Shown here: positions 61,245-64,000 of the stretch, piece after piece
Position numbering within the stretch: the stretch's first letter is position 1
Layout of the letters: the number at the start of each line of letters is the position of its first letter
Assembly (NCBI GenBank): GCA_964521305.1
Contig: CAZFQZ010000001.1
Span: forward strand, 22-64,021
DNA length: 64,000 nucleotides
Direction of reading: 5' to 3'
Source of the DNA: an uncultured Gammaproteobacteria bacterium
Lineage (GTDB): Bacteria > Patescibacteriota > Microgenomatia > UBA1406 > GWC2-37-13
Translations under genes and position numbers: made by a program
The notes under the pieces: generated by a model
Seen by the model: only the letters and a program-made list of their open reading frames with translations
Databases searched by the model: none
Told to the model about the DNA's origin: nothing

Positions 61245-61934
61245 TCACATTTTGGCTAATTCAGCCGACGCCAGGGAATATTGCAACTTTGTTATGTCAT
61301 TTTGGGATAACATTTGTCCTATAATTATTTTTGCTTCGGTTAGCGCTTCGGTATGGTGGTTGCTTAAATAACTGGGTTTATTGATGAGGCCGATAAGATA
61401 AGCTGATTCAGATACTGTTAATGTTTTTGGATCGGTGTGAAAATATATATCGCTTGCCTGACCGATACCGTACGCATCATTGCCGAAATAAATGATATTC
61501 AGATACATCTCAAGAATTTTTTGTTTGGGGTAAAAATGGGTCAGATAGAGAGCGAGGATTTTTGTGGCAATATCTGTTTTTAGCGAATCCCGATCGTTGA
61601 AATAAATATTTTTTGCGAACTGTTCGGTGATGGTGCTGGCTCCCTGCCGCCGACGGTTAAGTATGCTAAACAAAATTGCGCGTACGGTTCCTCTCAGGTC
61701 AATACCGACATTCGAATAGAACCTTCTGTCCTGGGAAACTATTGCAGCCTGCTGTACATAGATACTGATATCAGGCAATTTTGTATAAACGATCCGCTGG
61801 GTTTCGGTCTGTTTATTCATATAGTGGGGAAGTTGTTTGATCAGCAGAAGAGCAGGGGGATTAACAAAAATAAAAAAGACCCCCCCCGAAGCAATAATCG
61901 AAACCAAAACCAAAATATATATTCTTTTTACCAT
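61245..61934 (-). CDS. monofunctional peptidoglycan glycosyltransferase (GT51)
   Basis: N-terminal TM and GT51 motifs AIVSQDRRFYSNVGIDLRG, GASTITEQFAKN and KILEMYLNIIYFG. Start taken at MVKRIYIL (61934). Confidence 0.88.
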   Translation of the reverse strand: MVKRIYILVLVSIIASGGVFFIFVNPPALLLIKQLPHYMNKQTETQRIVYTKLPDISIYVQQAAIVSQDRRFYSNVGIDLRGTVRAILFSILNRRRQGASTITEQFAKNIYFNDRDSLKTDIATKILALYLTHFYPKQKILEMYLNIIYFGNDAYGIGQASDIYFHTDPKTLTVSESAYLIGLINKPSYLSNHHTEALTEAKIIIGQMLSQNDITKLQYSLASAELAKM

Positions 61935-62016
61935 AGGAATGCAAGTATTATATACCGATCGTAGCTCAATGTGCAAAAATAATTGATCAAAGGGAGCGTA
62001 CGAACGGTTATACCGA

Positions 62017-62044
62017 TTGCAATCTCATTGCACATCGGTATAAT
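62017..62044 (+). promoter_or_regulatory. promoter TTGCAA-N16-TATAAT; mscS ATG 6 nt after the -10
   Basis: -35 at 62017-62022 and -10 at 62039-62044, ATG at 62051. The promoter is embedded in a 15/16-nt inverted repeat (62009-62023 / 62027-62042). Confidence 0.55.
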
Positions 62045-62050
62045 ACCATT

Positions 62051-62557
62051 ATGAGTAATTCTGTTTTTTATGACAGGGCGTCGACAAGCTTGATTGTTTT
62101 GGTTGTAACATTTATTCTCATGGTTGTTTCCAAAAAAATACTCGATATGGTATTTCACGGCATGAAAAGACGGATGTCGACAGAACATATGATTGCAAAG
62201 ACACGGACATTGAGATCAGTCCTGAAAAATGTTATCGATTTCGTCTACATCCTCATCGCCGCGATGATTATCCTTGATCGTTGGGGAGTGAATATAGTGC
62301 CGATATTGACCGGAGCAGGTTTGGTAGGATTGGCGGTATCCTTCGGTTCGCAAACTCTTGTTAAAGATCTGATCTCGGGGTTTTTCATCATTCTTGAAGA
62401 TCAGTTCAACGTTGGTGATCAGGTACGGATTGGTACATATGAGGGCAATGTGTTAGATATTACCTTACGTCTCACTATCTTGGAAGATAAGAAAGAGAAC
62501 ATTATCTATATACCGAATTCCCAGATTACTTCAGTGATTAGGCTCAAGAAGCACTAA
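62051..62557 (+). CDS. small mechanosensitive channel, MscS family
   Basis: Pore-lining TM3 and beta domain LTGAGLVGLAVSFGSQTLVKDLISGFFIILEDQFNVGDQVRIG. Confidence 0.85.
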   Translation: MSNSVFYDRASTSLIVLVVTFILMVVSKKILDMVFHGMKRRMSTEHMIAKTRTLRSVLKNVIDFVYILIAAMIILDRWGVNIVPILTGAGLVGLAVSFGSQTLVKDLISGFFIILEDQFNVGDQVRIGTYEGNVLDITLRLTILEDKKENIIYIPNSQITSVIRLKKH

Positions 62558-63246
62558 GCATATTTTTCTTCCTTCAGCTCCGCTTTTCCGTTTTCGATCA
62601 TAATATATTGCGCGATACTATGTCGGATGAAACCCGTATTGATGAAGTTGTTTTTCAGGTCAATCTCAGGCGAATGGGTATGTCCGCAGATGTATATTGC
62701 ATTCCGCAAATCAAGTTCTTTGATATTTTGCTTTGTTTCCCTGTTCAGTTTTCCGTAAAGTTTATGTTGCAGGGTTTTATTCCCGAGAAGTTTGATGACT
62801 GATTTCTCGAACACGCTGAAAAAGTTATTCAGAAATACCACAAATATCCGGGAATGAGGAAAAATATCAAGTTTTTCGAATATGGCAGGTTGGGTTTGGT
62901 GACCGTGTTCGATAATGAATGTTTTGTTGTTTTGTTTAAGGATATGGCGGTATGTTTGTTTTACCGAGAACAAAGAAACCCGTTCATCTGAGTTTTCCCG
63001 CCTGTCATGATTGCCATATACGTAGACGGTGTTTTTTTGTTTGAGTAAAGGAAAAAGACTTTTCCAATCCGAGTTAACGAATTTATCAAATGTGGTAATC
63101 GCTCCGTCCCAAAAATCGCCGTTTATGACGACCTGATCGCAATCGGATACGATTCGTTTAAGAAAGTCGTATTTTTCCTGTTCAAACCTGACGGTAAGGT
63201 GGGTGTCTGAAAAAATTAAAACTCTCATGGAGCTCCTATTCTTCAA
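62554..63246 (-). CDS. calcineurin-like metallophosphoesterase
   Basis: MRVLIFSDTHL (motif I), INGDFWDG (motif II), YVYGNHD (motif III), EHGH and GHTH. Confidence 0.85.
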   Translation of the reverse strand: MKNRSSMRVLIFSDTHLTVRFEQEKYDFLKRIVSDCDQVVINGDFWDGAITTFDKFVNSDWKSLFPLLKQKNTVYVYGNHDRRENSDERVSLFSVKQTYRHILKQNNKTFIIEHGHQTQPAIFEKLDIFPHSRIFVVFLNNFFSVFEKSVIKLLGNKTLQHKLYGKLNRETKQNIKELDLRNAIYICGHTHSPEIDLKNNFINTGFIRHSIAQYIMIENGKAELKEEKYA

Positions 63247-63273
63247 TCTTAAATCATGAATCTATAATCTTTT

Positions 63274-64000
63274 TTATTTCTCCATCATCGTTTTCGTTAT
63301 ATTCATCGGTACTTCTTCATAATGGGAAGGTTCCATGTAAAAGAATCCTCGTCCTTCCGTAAGGGATCGCAAGATGGTTGCGTACCCGGAAAGTTCAGCC
63401 AGCGGGACATATCCTTTGATGATGACCGCTCTGCTTCGTTTTTCCGTTCCCAGGATTTTTCCCCGCTTGCTCGAAATATCGCCGATCACCACACCCATGA
63501 ATTCCTCGGGTACGGTGACCTCAAGTTTCATGATCGGCTCCAAAAGGACCATACCTGCTTTTTTTGCAGCATCCTGAAAAGCCATGGATCCGGCAATCTT
63601 GAATGCGATATCAGACGAATCGACGTCGTGGTAGCTTCCGTCATAGAGCGTAACTTGCAGATCGGTCATGGGAAATCCGAGAAGGACACCTTTTTCCATC
63701 GCTTCGATTATTCCTTTTTCCACAGAAGGAATAAACTCCGAAGGTATGGCTCCGCCTTTGACTTTATTCTCGAATTTGAATCCCTCACCTCTGCCGAGCG
63801 GTGCGATTTTTATGAGACAGTGACCGTATTGTCCGTGACCGCCGGTTTGCTTAATATACTTGCCTTCCGCATCGGCGAGTTTGGTTACGGTTTCCTTGTA
63901 TGCGACCTGCGGTTTACCCACGTTGGCATCCATACCCATTTCGCGTTTCATGCGGTCGACCAGTATTTCCAAGTGGAGTTCTCCCATGCCTGACATAATG
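63274..64000 (-). CDS. fusA: elongation factor G, C-terminal part (5' end outside window)
   Basis: [19 protein letters not shown]..., [22 protein letters not shown]. Matches EF-G domains III-V and the ORF runs off the window edge. Confidence 0.93.
   Translation of the reverse strand, partial: IMSGMGELHLEILVDRMKREMGMDANVGKPQVAYKETVTKLADAEGKYIKQTGGHGQYGHCLIKIAPLGRGEGFKFENKVKGGAIPSEFIPSVEKGIIEAMEKGVLLGFPMTDLQVTLYDGSYHDVDSSDIAFKIAGSMAFQDAAKKAGMVLLEPIMKLEVTVPEEFMGVVIGDISSKRGKILGTEKRSRAVIIKGYVPLAELSGYATILRSLTEGRGFFYMEPSHYEEVPMNITKTMMEK

Noticed and set aside
63322-63993. 223-aa plus-strand ORF
   Set aside because: It is antisense to the highly conserved EF-G C-terminal domains and is a shadow ORF.
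1-64000. CRISPR arrays, transposases, integrases, prophage or plasmid modules
   Set aside because: I found no regularly spaced direct repeats, no DDE/tyrosine/serine recombinase motifs and no phage structural genes. The only repeats are the short heptamer-type elements reported in the findings.

Overview
Gene-dense chromosomal window, almost all coding, with short or overlapping gene junctions. By inference it comes from a small-genome uncultivated bacterium of the Patescibacteria/CPR type. The grounds are several T4SS-pilin-like two-TM proteins, an unlinked 5S rRNA gene, many archaeal-type enzymes and many membrane-anchored ORFans. Contents in order: (1) a MacAB-like ABC efflux module with an OmpR/histidine-kinase pair (1.1-6.4 kb). 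(2) Metal homeostasis genes: ArsR, VIT1/CCC1 and a P-type ATPase (7.0-11.2 kb). (3) A DUF2130 protein, an orphan 5S rRNA gene and membrane ORFans (11.8-17.3 kb). (4) A tightly coupled seven-gene mevalonate operon with an archaeal-style HMG-CoA synthase/thiolase/DUF35 trio and a class-I-like HMG-CoA reductase (17.3-23.9 kb). (5) An ECF sigma module preceded by two pilin-like genes (23.9-26.0 kb). (6) A translationally coupled uppS-fic-small ORF-ATP-dependent DNA ligase string (26.1-29.9 kb). (7) An envelope glycosylation cluster: PAP2-like, two GT2, EEP nuclease/phosphatase and a DUF2298 YYY protein (29.9-35.5 kb). (8) valS-rpmH-yidC-jag (35.6-39.2 kb). (9) The most unusual region (39.2-52.1 kb): a 1217-aa ORFan, a Cys-rich pilin fusion, a VirB6/TrbL-like polytopic protein, a membrane-anchored C39-like peptidase, a 1484-aa ClpC-like AAA+ protein and another pilin-like gene. 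The ClpC-like protein carries a ~280-aa four-repeat insertion where the ClpP-docking loop normally sits. I propose this region as a candidate undescribed envelope/secretion apparatus. (10) An RHH-nucleotidyltransferase fusion and an archaeal-type UMP kinase-methyltransferase fusion (52.2-54.5 kb). (11) A DNA-repair island: recF, tRNA-Ser, alkA-like, radC, mutY-like, nth, dinB and lexA with candidate operators (54.6-61.1 kb). (12) A GT51 transglycosylase, MscS, a metallophosphoesterase and the 3' part of fusA. Cross-cutting signals are a recurrent leaderless promoter geometry (-10 hexamer 6-7 nt before the ATG) and a dispersed heptamer-phased A-rich repeat family that reaches into ORF 3' ends. 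I saw no CRISPR array, transposase, integrase or phage module. All homology calls come from motif recognition by eye and none was searched against a database.
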